DNA of 64,000 bases from Podarcis filfolensis (taxonomy: Eukaryota), in assembly GCA_964270895.1 (NCBI GenBank), contig OZ185443.1; one strand, given 5' to 3'. Every line of letters starts with the position of its first letter. Within the stretch, counting starts at the first letter, position 1. The translations under genes and the position numbers were made by a program. This document shows, one piece after another, positions 1 to 11,047 of the stretch. The notes under the pieces are model-generated. The model was not told where the DNA came from. It saw nothing but the letters and a program-made list of their open reading frames with translations, and did no database searches.

Positions 1-351
1 CTTTCAGTGGGGAAAGCTTTTGCTTTTATATTTTCGTATTTCCACCCAGCCTCTCAAAAATATTTTACCCATCTCTTGTGGTTTCTTCTTCCATTTTCTC
101 TTCCATGGCCATGTACATTCACTTTTTTGTCCTGTTTCTTCTGATATCCCCCCTTTTCCATTCCCGGTTTGTCTGTTGTTGATTATGTTATATATTAGCC
201 TTTTACCTCTCTAATTTCCTTCAACATCTCCTCAGTTCCTTTTCCCTTAGCGGAGGGAGACATTTCCCTCCTCTCAACTGCCAACCTCTCTGTCTCCCCG
301 GCCCCATTGTCTCAGCATGGAAGGAGTTATGGGTGCTGGCATGAGTATATT
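1..351. repeat. Third (partial) copy of the local duplicated unit also found at ~6890-7250 and ~9320-9665
   Basis: Near-identical text in three places, e.g. CCCCCTTTTCCATTCCCGGTTTGTCTGTTGTTGATTATGTTATATATTAGCCTTTTACCTC. Ends at GGGTGCTGGCATG(A/G)GTATATT, where it fuses to the RAPGEF2 duplicate. Confidence 0.9.
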
Positions 352-1559
352 TTTCCCAAGTAGTTTATAATATTGCAACTGAAGCTAAGTTTAAGCCACT
401 AAAGAATGAATTTTAAAAGATCTTGGGGGTTTTAATCTCAGTTCAAAATGACACCTGCATTTGCAGCATCACAAACGTATGTTCTTGTATACAATTTTGT
501 GAAGTAAAACTAAAAGTGCATTATATTATTTTATATTATATTTAGCAACTGACAAATGCAGTCACTCATAAACAAAAACACTGAGATTATGCACCATAAA
601 ATTGTAGGTCTTTTCTGAACTGCAATGTTCAAGCAGTATTTGTGAGTTGAAGAATCATCAAAAGATTATGGTAGCAGTGGTATGGCTTTCCTGTCTTATC
701 AAAAGTGTTCTCAGATCTATTACAACATTGCTTTCCAAACACTGTTGGAGTAACAGACACTTCTATAAACAAGGACCATTTTTAGTGCAAAGATGTGGCT
801 ATGATGATCAGTAAGTGTTTGTTACTGCCAGATGGAAGTATTGTAATGAGTAATACAGTAAAGTCTATTCAGAAACTGCAGCTGTAAAATGCTGTGAGTC
901 ATTCCCTTAGTATACTAGCAAAAGAAGCATGTTATTACCAGAGGTTTAGAAGAGACATAACCAGCTCATTTGGGTGCACTGGTGATATTGATTATAAAAG
1001 CCCTCTGTTGTCTGAAACATAGATATCTGACTTTCAGCCTTGCTTTCCATAGTTAGTTGAAATGGTCAAGAAAAATGTCTGAATTCAATGATCCTAACAT
1101 TAAATGTTTTAGAGCTGCAAACAATTTTTTACAGAGGCCACCAACTGTCAAATCTACTTTTCTCTCTCAGATGCCCTAATCTTACTGCCCTTTACAAGAA
1201 GTATTAGTTTCCCTTTTCATTAATTATTTTTATCTGGAGTACTGTAGCCTGGTGCATCACAGCTACATTTCCACCTACTCTGAAATTTAAGTGCAGATTA
1301 GGATATATTTGAGGTCTGCTGGGGATTGCTTTCCTTCAAGTGGCTTCCCTGTAAGACTGAGATGGAATAGTTGACATGATTGCACTTGTAGGTGTGTGCA
1401 CCACTTTATATCTTAATACAGGGTGATTAATAATGAAATATACCGTTTCAACACACCATAAAAAAGAAGAATGTAATATATATTACCTGTAACAGAATTG
1501 CAGGGGAATGTTTAAAGTTTTTTTAGAAACAGTCACAGATGTTCTATATGTGCACCTAT

Positions 1560-1868
1560 TGTCACACATCGAACCGGTAATCCTTATCTGCTGAAACATG
1601 ACTCACCCTACGTGCTGATTTTCCCGGGCTTCGTTGAATGATGGTGCAAACACTACTGGCTTCTTCCGATACACACGGTTGTCCAGGACTTCTAAGTTTG
1701 CACAATCAGCCTGTAGTTTCACATTTTTTATGCCAATTGTAGATACATTTTCTGCTTGGAGGTTTTTCCCCCGAATCACAACCAAAAATGCCATCACACA
1801 ACAGTTACAGATTCCATTTTGCTCAATTCAAGAACACGAAACACCTTCTCCACTGCAGACGCAGCCAT
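1560..1868 (-). pseudogene. Degraded N-terminal (HTH DNA-binding) part of a Tc1/mariner transposase
   Basis: MAASAVEKVFRVLELSKMESVTVV*...(frameshift)GEKPPSRKCIYNWHKKCETTG*LCKLRSPGQPCVSEE...IQRSPGKSARRVS resembles the recalled N-terminus of DD37D/DD41D-like transposases (WxxxFxxTG...SPGRP...RSPxKS). Contains stops and a frameshift and lies inside the TIR element. Confidence 0.75.
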
Positions 1869-1947
1869 TTTGCCTGACTAGTCACATGAATCGCATGCTA
1901 TCGCCTATGTCACTTCCCTCAGTAGTGGAACACAAACTTTATGAGTA

Positions 1948-2189
1948 CACTGGTACCTCGGGTTAACAACTTAATTCGTTCTGGAGGTCTGTTCTTAACC
2001 TGAAACTGTTCTTAACCTGAGGTACCACTTTAGCTAATGGGGCCTCCCGCTGCCGCTGCGCCACCGCGGCGCGATTTCTGTTCTCATCCTGAAGCAAAGT
2101 TCTTAACCTGAGGTACTATTTCTGGGTTAGCGGAGTCTGTAACCTGAAGCGTATGTAACCTGAAGCGTCTGTAACCCGAGGTACCACTG
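1948..2189. mobile_element. Tc1/mariner (Tigger-like) MITE nested in the 1419-2285 element
   Basis: TIRs CA(C/G)TGGTACCTCGGGTTA / TAACCCGAGGTACCACTG; TA flanks at 1946-47 and 2190-91; internal AACCTGAAG repeats; second copy at 5606-5818. Confidence 0.88.
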
Positions 2190-3130
2190 TACATCTACCT
2201 CACGGTTCGCAGTTATGATCCGTGTCGTTGCCTGTTACTGTCTTACAGCATCTGGAAACTGTATACTTCATTATGAATCACCCTGTATATTAAACCTTTG
2301 CCCAACTAATTTGTAAAGATCCCTCTACCTGAACTGCACATTTCCTCTCAACAAATTCAACTAAGGAAAATCTAAGCTCTAGTAAACATCTTACATAAGG
2401 TTGCAACCTGAAACTTAATGCCAAAATAAAAAAGGCAAGGCAGTAATCTATTCTCTGGTTCAAAATTCCAATCTGGCAAAACACTGAAAAGGCTATCAAA
2501 GCTTGGAATATGACTTTTTCACCATACAGAATAATTGCGAAGGAAATTTTTCATTCTAAGTTCATGATCTGTATTGCCATGAACATCCCCATACTAAAAT
2601 GTTGAATTACAAATCCACTAAACACAACAAGCATTTTTTGTTCCTTCTCTACTCCCCCAAGATCTATGTAACAGCAATTCTGACAGGTTGAGTTCTTTCT
2701 GCTCTGGTACATTCGATTTCCTGAATGCCTCTCCCATCTCCAACACAGTCCAAAGTAGCAAGAAAACTATTGAGACTTTACATTTTCTGAAGTTTCAAGT
2801 ATGAATTGTGGCTTAAGATTATAGCCCAACTTTCTTTAAAGCCCTCAAGGGAGCATTATACGTTAATGTTAAATAAATAGAGTACATAAAACTGATTCAA
2901 AAAGAAACACCACTAAAGAAAAATGCCTAGCAGTGTATACTAGAAGTGATTTTAATGTGCTTGTACCATTTTACTTGGTTGTAAACTGCCTGGTATGTAT
3001 CTTTTTATGACAGGTGGTATATAAATGGTTTACAATAGATAAAACAATAATACTTGTATACAATAATCAACAAATATCATACAATATAGTTACTTCATTT
3101 CTCCTGTCTATAAATAAGCAATACTTTGTA

Positions 3131-3602
3131 TTGTTGTTGTTGTTGTTTAGTCATTTAGTCGTGTCTGACTCTTTGTGACCCCATGGACCAGAGTACGCCA
3201 GGCACTCCTGTCTTCCACTGCCTCCCGCAGTTTGGTCAGACTCATGTTTGTAGCTTCGAGAACACTGTCCAACCATCTCGTCCTCTGTCGTCCCCTTCTT
3301 CTTGTGCCCTCCATCTTTCCCAACATCAGGATCTGTTCCAGGGAGTCTTCTCTTCTCATGAGGTGGCCAAAGTATTGGAGCCTCAGCTTCACGATCTGTC
3401 CTTCCAGTGAGCACTCAGGGCTGATTTCCTTAAGAATGGATACGTTTGATCTTCTTGCAATCCATGGGACTCTCAAGAGTCTCCTCCAGCACCATAATTC
3501 AAAAGCATCAATTCTTCGGCGATCAGCCTTCTTTATGGTCCAGCTCTCACTTCCATACATCACTACTGGGAAAACCATGGCTTTAACTATACGGACCTTT
3601 GT
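3131..3602 (-). mobile_element. 5'-truncated BovB (RTE clade) LINE
   Basis: Uninterrupted RTE C-terminal ORF (KVRIVKAMVFPVVMYGSESWTIKK...WCWRRLLRVPW...LRLQYFGHLMRR...HGVTKSQTRLND*), (CAA)n tail, target duplication ATACTTTGTA, empty site near 35632. Confidence 0.95.
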
Positions 3603-4009
3603 ATACTTTGTATACTTTGTATACTGTTCACTAATACTGAATGTGAAGCTTATTGACCGCATGTGTCTCCTTGTCAGTCTCTTAACTCCACATTTGGAGA
3701 AAATAATTTTCCTGTCTTATTACCTACACCCCAAGAGATATTTATCCAGAAATTCTACCTTGAATTGTTCTACTTAGTTTTGGCTGCTTCTCAACTATTT
3801 TCAGGTTCCAGGGACAACTACATCCATTTCCATTACCCCAGCCCTTTTAACATTGATTTGCATGCCCCCACTATCTGCACAGTGACAATGATAAATAACT
3901 GCTAACTAATAATAATGGTACAAATTTATTGCAAAGTATTTCAGTAGATCAGACTATTTATGTGTCCTAAAAAGAAGAAAAACAGAGTATTTCTCTGTGA
4001 ATTTTCTCA

Positions 4010-4109
4010 GTGTGATTTGCCAACCGCCCACTGCGTCTTGGTTGTCGAACGTTTTGGAAGTCAAACAGTTTTCCAGAACAGATTACGTTCAACAACCGAG
4101 GTTCCACTG
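4010..4109. mobile_element. One-ended Tigger-like MITE remnant
   Basis: Ends in AACCGAGGTTCCACTG followed by TA, the same TIR class as the 1948-2189 MITE; no matching left TIR. Left boundary approximate. Confidence 0.6.
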
Positions 4110-4500
4110 TATTTTAAAAAGAAAGGGGAACAGAAATAACACTAGTATGGCCTTTGTATCCAATAGGATGTGCACACTTTGCTTTTGTGCTTGAATAGCT
4201 GCACCCTCATGGTACAAGCAGCTGTTAGATTTAATTGCAGAAAAGCGAGGGTAATCCAAATGTAGACTTGGAAACTGCACTGTTCTGGGACGTAAATAAA
4301 TGCCACGAATAATTCCGTATTAAAACTGTAGTACTTAACAACAAACACAAGAGGTCTCCTTAACTATGTATTTCAGATGCTGCTTTATCTCCAGTTAGCA
4401 CACCAACACCAAATATATATTCTGCAAGAACTTTTTTTAAAATACTGCACAACATACCATTTGGTAAAATCTTAGAATTACATAAGAACTTGCTGAAGAC

Positions 4501-4870
4501 TAGGGGTGCGTCGAAATTTGGTTCAGTTTGCATTTTGCGATGAAGCTACCTAATTTACCTTTCAAGAAACAATATGTGAACCCAAATACAGCTGTCCTGT
4601 AAAATTCACACTAAGTGTATATTAGGAGACAGTGTACATAAAAATGCACATACCCATGAAAATAACATGCAAAACACCTTATACTGTATCTTGAAAGGAT
4701 GTATATATTAGTCAAAACTGTGTGCAAAATGTATTTATTAGGAGAAATGGACTGAAATACTAATCTTTGTGGGAATGTTAAAAAAAATGCAATCTGATGT
4801 GAAAATATGGTGAACTGAATTTAAGATCCGGAAAATGAGAAAGTTGAAATAGGCAAATTTTCCATCCCTT
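4501..4870. mobile_element. hAT-like MITE (degenerate)
   Basis: Ends TAGGGGTGCGTCGAAATTTG / CAAATTTTCCATCCCTT; candidate 8-bp TSD CTGAAGAC / CTGAATGC (imperfect). Confidence 0.5.
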
Positions 4871-5463
4871 CTGAATGCACATGCCATATGGTTACTATCA
4901 CTTTAAATGAAACAGCAAATACAATATATAGGCTCCCTGTATTAGAGGTAGTTGTGGAAATTTCAGTTCCATCAAGTTTTCCTGCACTAAGATTCTGCAG
5001 TTTTCACTCATCAAATAGACACTTACAGTCTTCAATCAGGTCACCATTTATTTCTTGAAGTTTTAAAGCCATATGTCCGGATTTTGCTGGACATTTGATC
5101 TTACTTGTACTGTTAGGAAAACAGTCTGGTCTAATGGCAATTTACTTTGGAACATCCTGCCTATTGATATCTGGAATGCGCCATTGCTGTACACAGTACA
5201 TACCCTTCTGGGCACCTACTTAGAACATTTTTCTTTAGGCAAGCCTATCCAGGCATGTAGACGTCACATGTGTTTTATCTCTTTATGTCTTGCCTAGAAG
5301 TTTTCTTACAATCAAGAAGTATGTGAATTATATTAGATGAATAAAAATTTCCGCTTGGCCTTCTCTCATCTTTTGCTCCTAGTTTGTCCTATGGGAAGTG
5401 GGGGGGGGCGAGGATATGGTTCGGTTGCTTTCATTTTTCTTTCTACATCTAGCGAGTGGCGCT

Positions 5464-5608
5464 GGGGACGCGGGTGGCGCTGTGGGTTAAAGCACAGAGC
5501 CTAGAGCTTGCCGATCAGAAGGTCGGCGGATCGAATCCCCGTGACGGGGTGAGCTCCCGATGCTCGGTCCCTGCTCCTGCCAACCTAGCAGTTCAAAAGC
5601 ACATCAAA
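5464..5608 (+). mobile_element. Squam1/Sauria SINE, 5' half
   Basis: GGGGACGCGGGTGGCGCTGTGG...GATCAGAAGGTCGGCGGATCGAATCCCCG...AGCAGTTCAAAAGCACATCAAA matches the recalled lacertid Squam1 head and the copy at 40524. Confidence 0.88.
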
Positions 5609-5818
5609 CTGTTCTTAACCTGAAGCACCTGAAACTGTTCTTAACCTGAAGCACCACTTTAGCTAATGGGGCCTCCTGCTGCTGCCACGCCGCCGGAGCA
5701 CGATTTCTGTTCTCATCCTGAAGTAAAGTTCTTAACCTAAGGTACTATTTCTGGGTTAGCGGAGTCTGTAACCTGAAGGGTATGTAACCTGAAGCGTCTG
5801 TAACCCGAGGTACCACTG
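5606..5818. mobile_element. Second copy of the Tigger-like MITE lacking its left TIR
   Basis: Collinear with 1990-2189; right TIR TAACCCGAGGTACCACTG plus TA. Confidence 0.88.
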
Positions 5819-5888
5819 TACATCATCCCACTCACATTACAAGCACAAGAGGTTGATGCTGAACATGACAGCCAGCTCTCACATTTCA

Positions 5889-5943
5889 CAGATTTGTAGA
5901 GTTGGAAGGGACCCTAAGGGTCATCTAGTCCAACCCCCTGCAA
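5889..5943 (-). mobile_element. CR1-type LINE 3' tail fragment
   Basis: GTAGAGTTGGAAGGGACCCTAAGGGTCATCTAGTCCAACCCCCTG, the reverse complement of a typical reptile CR1 3' end; similar fragment at 39678. Confidence 0.7.
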
Positions 5944-6454
5944 TAAAGCAATCTCTACTAAAGCATCGGATTTTTGTATCAGATACGTATTTTACCACAT
6001 AGACCTTGAGAAGCAACAGAAAAATCTGAACAGACAGATGGCAAAGTGTGCTAATTCCACCACATAAGCCCATCTGAAAACATCAGAAAGCTGTGCTTTT
6101 AAATATAGACTGTCAGCATTCCAGCTTTACATAAATATACAACACAGAGAAAAAGGTTGTGTATGTTTTTCTGTATATCACAGCATAACCAATATGAAAG
6201 TTAGCTGAAGCTCAGTCCATTTTTTATAAAGCAAGTTTCCAGGAAGGTACACCTTCAGTTTACTTCCTCCCTCTCCAAAATGGATGACCATAGGCTTGGC
6301 AGTCTGTCATAGCTGCTGCTTTTGTGATATATTCTAGCTTCCCTTTCACCTTCTAAATAAAGGGATGGCTTTGCAGCAAGCCAGCTTCCCGATTCATTCA
6401 CACACTCTTCTAGGCATACTGCTAGGAGACAGTGTCCTAAAGTGACTAAGGCTG

Positions 6455-7935
6455 CAGCCCTATTCCTTCCTAACAGGGAGAAAGCTCCATTATACACACT
6501 GGGACTTACTTCTGAGTATACATGTACAGGATATATGAAAGGTTTTATACTTCACCAGTTGGATTAAAAGGAGCATATAGTATTATTTAGGATTAACTAG
6601 ATCATAAATTATTAAACTGCTTATCCCCAGGCCCACTAAGATGGCTGAACATGACTAAGACCCACCAGTCACAAAATGGTGGTGCAGGGGCAGAAGAAGT
6701 TACAAAATGGTGGCAAGTCAGACTTTGGCACAAGGAGCTGGCAATCACTTGCATGATGTCCTACTGATATCAAATCAATCTTTGGAAATGGCTATTTTTT
6801 ACCTCAGCATTTTCCTTGCAGCAAGGAATCCACTACGTCAGTTTTCCTCGTGCTAAATACAGGCACTTTTTCTGGTGGCATTGGGAAAGCAGATCCAGCT
6901 TTAAGTGCGGAAAGCTTTTGCTTTTATATTTACATATTTCCACCAAGTCTCTCAAAAATATTTTACCCATCTCTTGTGGTTTCTTCTCCCATTTTCTCTT
7001 CCATGGCCATGTACATTCACTTTCTTGTCCTGTTTCTTCTGATATCCCCCCTTTTCCATTCCCGGTTTGTCTGTTGTTGATTATGTTATATATTAGCCTT
7101 TTACCTCACTTTCTAACTTCCTTCAACATCTCAGTTTCTTTTCACTTAGCAGAGGAAGACATTTTCCTCCTCTCCCCTGCCAACTTTGTTTTCCCTGCCC
7201 CGTTATCTCAGCATGCAAGGAGTTTTGGGTGCTGGCATGGGTATATTGAACACATTTAGTGAAGGATTTTGTTTTAAAATAAGCTTCTGTATCATGTATT
7301 TGTACATTAACAGATATTTTAGGCTATATATTTTCTGGTGGGAGTGTTTTCTTGCAGGAGGGGAGCTGACAGGAAAAAAATAAAAATCACCTTTAAGGAC
7401 AATCAAAGATGAAGGAGAAGAATGTTTGGAGGGGCTTTTGACTTTGCAGCAGAGGGATGGGAGGGGGGACGGTTGTGGGGAAAGCATCCATGTTGAAAGA
7501 ATAGTAACTCTGGCCAGAGAATAAGAGATTACATTTACTGCTGGAATATCATCTTGACTGTGAGTCCTGCAAGCCCTGCTCCCTGCCTTCTTCCAACTGT
7601 CCTGGGAATGACTGCAGGTAGAAATGATGAGGCTGCTGAACAGACTCTGGGTGGGGGCATTGCTTAGGGATTTTTTGCAGAGGGGGTGTTATTGTTGCTG
7701 TTATTGATATTAATTTGTGTAGCTTTATTTTGCAGCTTTATTATGATTTATGTGGAAATTGTTCAGTTTGGTTGTGTACTTTTTGATGTTTTGATTATCC
7801 CTTCTGACTACTTTTGCTGTATTTTGAATTGTGCATTTCTTTGCATGGCATAAGCCACCTGAAGCATGGCTATAACTGGAAAGGTGGCATGCAAATAAAA
7901 TGATGTATGTATGTATGTATGTATGTATGTATGTT
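6455..7935. repeat. Local tandem duplication, copy A
   Basis: Collinear with 7955-11315, from CTGCAGCCCTATTCCTTCCTAACAGGGAG to the (TATG)n end. Confidence 0.9.
7905..7932. repeat. (TATG)n microsatellite at the copy A/B junction
   Basis: TGTATGTATGTATGTATGTATGTATGT. Confidence 0.9.
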
Positions 7936-8328
7936 TACTGCTTGGAAACCTATTCCTGCAGCCCTATTCCTTCCTAACAGGGAGAAAATTCTATTATACA
8001 CATTGGGACTTACCGTACTTCTAATTATATATGTACAGGATTGTGCTGTAATGTTAAAAGAAATACAACTGACTGTATTACATTATAAATCCACCCTTCC
8101 TACAAGGATGATGAATGGGTGACAATATTTACAGAAGCAATATATAAACTGTGCTGATCTCTGTAAACAAAAAACAAAAAATACACGTAATAAATACACT
8201 ACATAATTTATCTCAGTAATCCTCAAATTCTGTAGCACAGAACATCTTTAGTACATATAACTGATAACTCTATGTCCACTTTGGCAAAACAAAAAACAAA
8301 AATACCACAACCAAAGCATAAACAAACC

Positions 8329-8464
8329 CATGGACAGGGAACTGCAGTTCTTCCAGATGTTTCTGGACTACAACTCATATCATCCCTGCTCATTGGCCAT
8401 GATGGCTGCGACACGTGAGCGTTGAAGTTCATCAGCATTTTGAGGGCCACAGATCCCCCATTCC
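8329..8464. mobile_element. Common lizard palindromic hAT-type MITE (degenerate)
   Basis: CCAGATGTTTCTGGACTACAACTCATATCATCCCTG...CAGCATTTTGAGGGCCACAGATCCCCCA matches a recalled abundant squamate MITE. Confidence 0.55.
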
Positions 8465-9710
8465 TACTTTAAATTGTTAAAGTAAGAACTTGGCTGTAGA
8501 AGAATTCCCACCACCGCTACCCCCCATAGAAAGATTTAAGGAGATTGCTGGATTTTGACCGTAATAAATTTGTGCAGCCTTTGCAGTTAGAATATCAAAG
8601 TGAAGCACTGCTGTCAAGCACACAATTTCTCATTGGCAGGCTGCAGTGTGTGTATTGATTCAGTCCACCTAACTCCATGCTTTTAAGATACTGACACACT
8701 TCATCTGAAAAGGTGTATTTCACAGCCGAAGGAAAGTGACCTTCATGAACAGTATTTTAAAAACTATAAGGATGCAACTTCAGAAGTGTGCATTCATATG
8801 TTGTTCACGCGCGCACACATATATCTATATTATACATATATGTTATTATCATGCTATTATTACAGAATCAGAAGCAAACTTTGGTTATCGGATGGTACAT
8901 GGAAGTATAATGTATACAGAGTAGGAATTAAAATAAACACAATGTGTAAACTGGTAAAAATATATGAATGAAGCTTTTATGCTTCACTATTTGGATTAAA
9001 AGGAGCAGATAGTATTATTTAGGACTAACTAGAACATAAATTATTAAACTGTTTGCTCCCAGGGCCCACTAAGATGGCTGACAATGACTGAGGCCCAGCC
9101 GTCACAAAATGGTGGTGCAGGGGCAGAAGTTACAAAATGGTGGCAAGGCAGAGTTTGGCACAAGGAGCTGGCAATCTCTTGCATGATTTTCTACTGGTAT
9201 CAAATCAATCTTTGGAAATGGCTATTTTTTTACCTCAGCATTTTCCTTGCAGCAAGGAATCCACCACATCAGTTTTCTTCGTGCTAAATAGTGGCACTTT
9301 TTCTGGTGGCATTGGGAAAGCAGATCCAGCTTTAAGTGGGGAAAGCATTTGCTTTTATATTTCCGTATTTCCACCCAGTCTCTCAAAAATATTTTACGCA
9401 TCTCTTGTGGTTTTTTCTCCCATGGCCAAGTACATTCACTTTTTTGTCCTGTTTCTTCTGATATCCCCCCTTTTCCATTCCCGGTTTGTCTGTTGTTGAT
9501 TATGTTATATATTAGCCTTTTACCTCACTTTCTAACTTCCTTCAACATCTCAGTTTCTTTTCCCTTAGCAGAGGAAGACATTTTCCTCCTCTCGCCTGCC
9601 AACTTTGTTTTCCCTGCCCTGTTATCTCAGCATGCAAGGAGTTTTGGGTGCTGGCATGGGTATATTGAACACATTTAGTGAAGGATTTCATTTAAAAACA
9701 AGCTTTTGTA

Positions 9711-10308
9711 CAGGGTGGATAAAAATCAATGATTTAAATTTTAAAAGATCAGATTTTTTATTTAAATCGGATTTTTTAAAATTTAAATCGGATTTTTAAA
9801 ATAAAATGCTTTTGGAGGAAAAATCTTTCTAAAGATATTTTTCTGTTTAAGTTACAGCATAGTCCAAAGGCTATACTGGAAATACGGATTTGTTTTAAGT
9901 TTTTCATGTGTGCTAAAACTCAGTCTAGGTTTGTTTATTTTTTAAGCTCAACCACATCAGTTAACAAACATGGATACATATGCTATAATATTATTGATTT
10001 AGTTAAATAAATTGTTTAAATTGTTATTAAGGAAACGATTATTTTTCTCCTTCCAATAAAGTACAAATATAAAGTTATTAAACCTCACAATAATTTCATA
10101 ATTATCTGTCTATGTATTTCTAATAGTATAACTCAGTGACTTTTTTATATAAGTGTAAAAACTAATCTGAAAATTTATTATTCCAGAAATGAAACCTTCA
10201 TCTGGTTGTAAATATTAAGATTAAACCACCAAGAATGAGTCTTTCTGTAAAAAAAGTGTGATGTAAATCAAGTCTTACTGACTAGTAATTTAAATCAAAT
10301 CCACCCTG
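9711..10308. mobile_element. hAT-superfamily non-autonomous element
   Basis: TIRs CAGGGTGGAT / ATCCACCCTG; 8-bp TSD CTTTTGTA / CCTTTGTA; single site CTTCTGTA in copy A near 7283. Confidence 0.88.
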
Positions 10309-10615
10309 CCTTTGTATCATGTATTTGTACATTAACAGATATTTCAGGCTATATATTTTCTAGTGGGAGTGTTTTGCTGCAGGAGGGGACTTGACAGGAA
10401 AAAAATTAAAAGCACCTTTAAGGACAATCAAAGATGAGGGAGAAGAATGTTTGGAGGGGATTTTGACCATTGCAGCAGAGGGATGGGGGGGGGGGAGAAA
10501 GCACCCATATTGAAAGAGTAGTTATTCCGGCCAGAGAATAAGGGATTACATTTACTGCTGGAATATCATTTTGACTGTGAGTCGTGGAAGGCCTGCTCCC
10601 TGCCTCCCTGCCTTC

Positions 10616-10901
10616 CTTTCTTTCTTTTTTTAAATAAACATTTTTATTCGATTTTCCAATACATTTATTTTTAAAAAATTCATATACATATTCATATACA
10701 GAGATTCCTCCAAATCTCAGGACTAACCCCCCCACCCCTCCCTGGATCCCCATTTTAAACATTTTAAACTGCATCTTCTTCCAGACTCTAGTATATCAAT
10801 CGATATTTCCCATGGTCATTTTTACACTACAAGTGAAATAAAAATCCTGCCAATGTTTCCATCTGCTTACAGTGGTTTTTATGTAAACATTTTTATTTGA
10901 T
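10616..10901 (-). mobile_element. 5'-truncated L1-like 3' end
   Basis: Flanked by the 12-bp direct repeat CTCCCTGCCTTC (10604-10615, 10902-10913); A-rich tail with AATAAA on the minus strand; absent from copy A. Confidence 0.6.
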
Positions 10902-10980
10902 CTCCCTGCCTTCTTCCAACTGTTGGGGGGGGGCACTGTCTAATGATGAGGCTGCTGAACAGACTCTGGGTGGGGGCATT

Positions 10981-11047
10981 GTTAGCTGCCCTGAGCCCAA
11001 CTTCAGCTGGGGAGGGCCGAATATAAATAAAAGTTTATTTATTTATT
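10981..11047 (+). mobile_element. L2-type 3' tail fragment
   Basis: GCCCTGAGCCCAACTTCAGCTGGGGAGGGCCGAATATAAATAAAAGTTTATT resembles the reverse complement of the L2 tail at 23460-23510; absent from copy A. Confidence 0.7.

Larger units (their letters stand above)
1419..2285 (-). mobile_element. Internally deleted Tc1/mariner-superfamily DNA transposon
   Basis: 24-bp TIRs CAGGGTGATT(A/C)ATAATGAA(A/G)TATA with 2 mismatches; TA target duplication at 1417-18 and 2286-87; the empty site is visible in the parent copy near 34778. Confidence 0.9.
351..3978 (-). pseudogene. RAPGEF2: Decayed partial direct duplicate of RAPGEF2 genomic segment 29399-36050 (mostly intronic, with the 5' part of one CDC25-domain exon)
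   Basis: 351-1245 matches 29399-30290; 1253-1418 matches 34610-34778; 2286-3130 matches 34778-35640; 3612-3978 matches 35632-36050. The exon copy at 351-398 keeps its acceptor but reads GLNLASVAIL* (TAA at 365-367). Confidence 0.92.

Noticed and set aside
1603-1797. ORF with a good GTGAGT donor, which looked like an exon of a neighbouring gene
   Set aside because: It lies inside the TIR-bounded Tc1/mariner element, and another frame gives the transposase remnant.
20-9678. Similar hydrophobic ORFs at 20-214, 6816-7259 and 9349-9678 as a small gene family
   Set aside because: They come from the triplicated unit, differ in starts and stops, have no supporting exon structure, and reflect T/C-rich composition.
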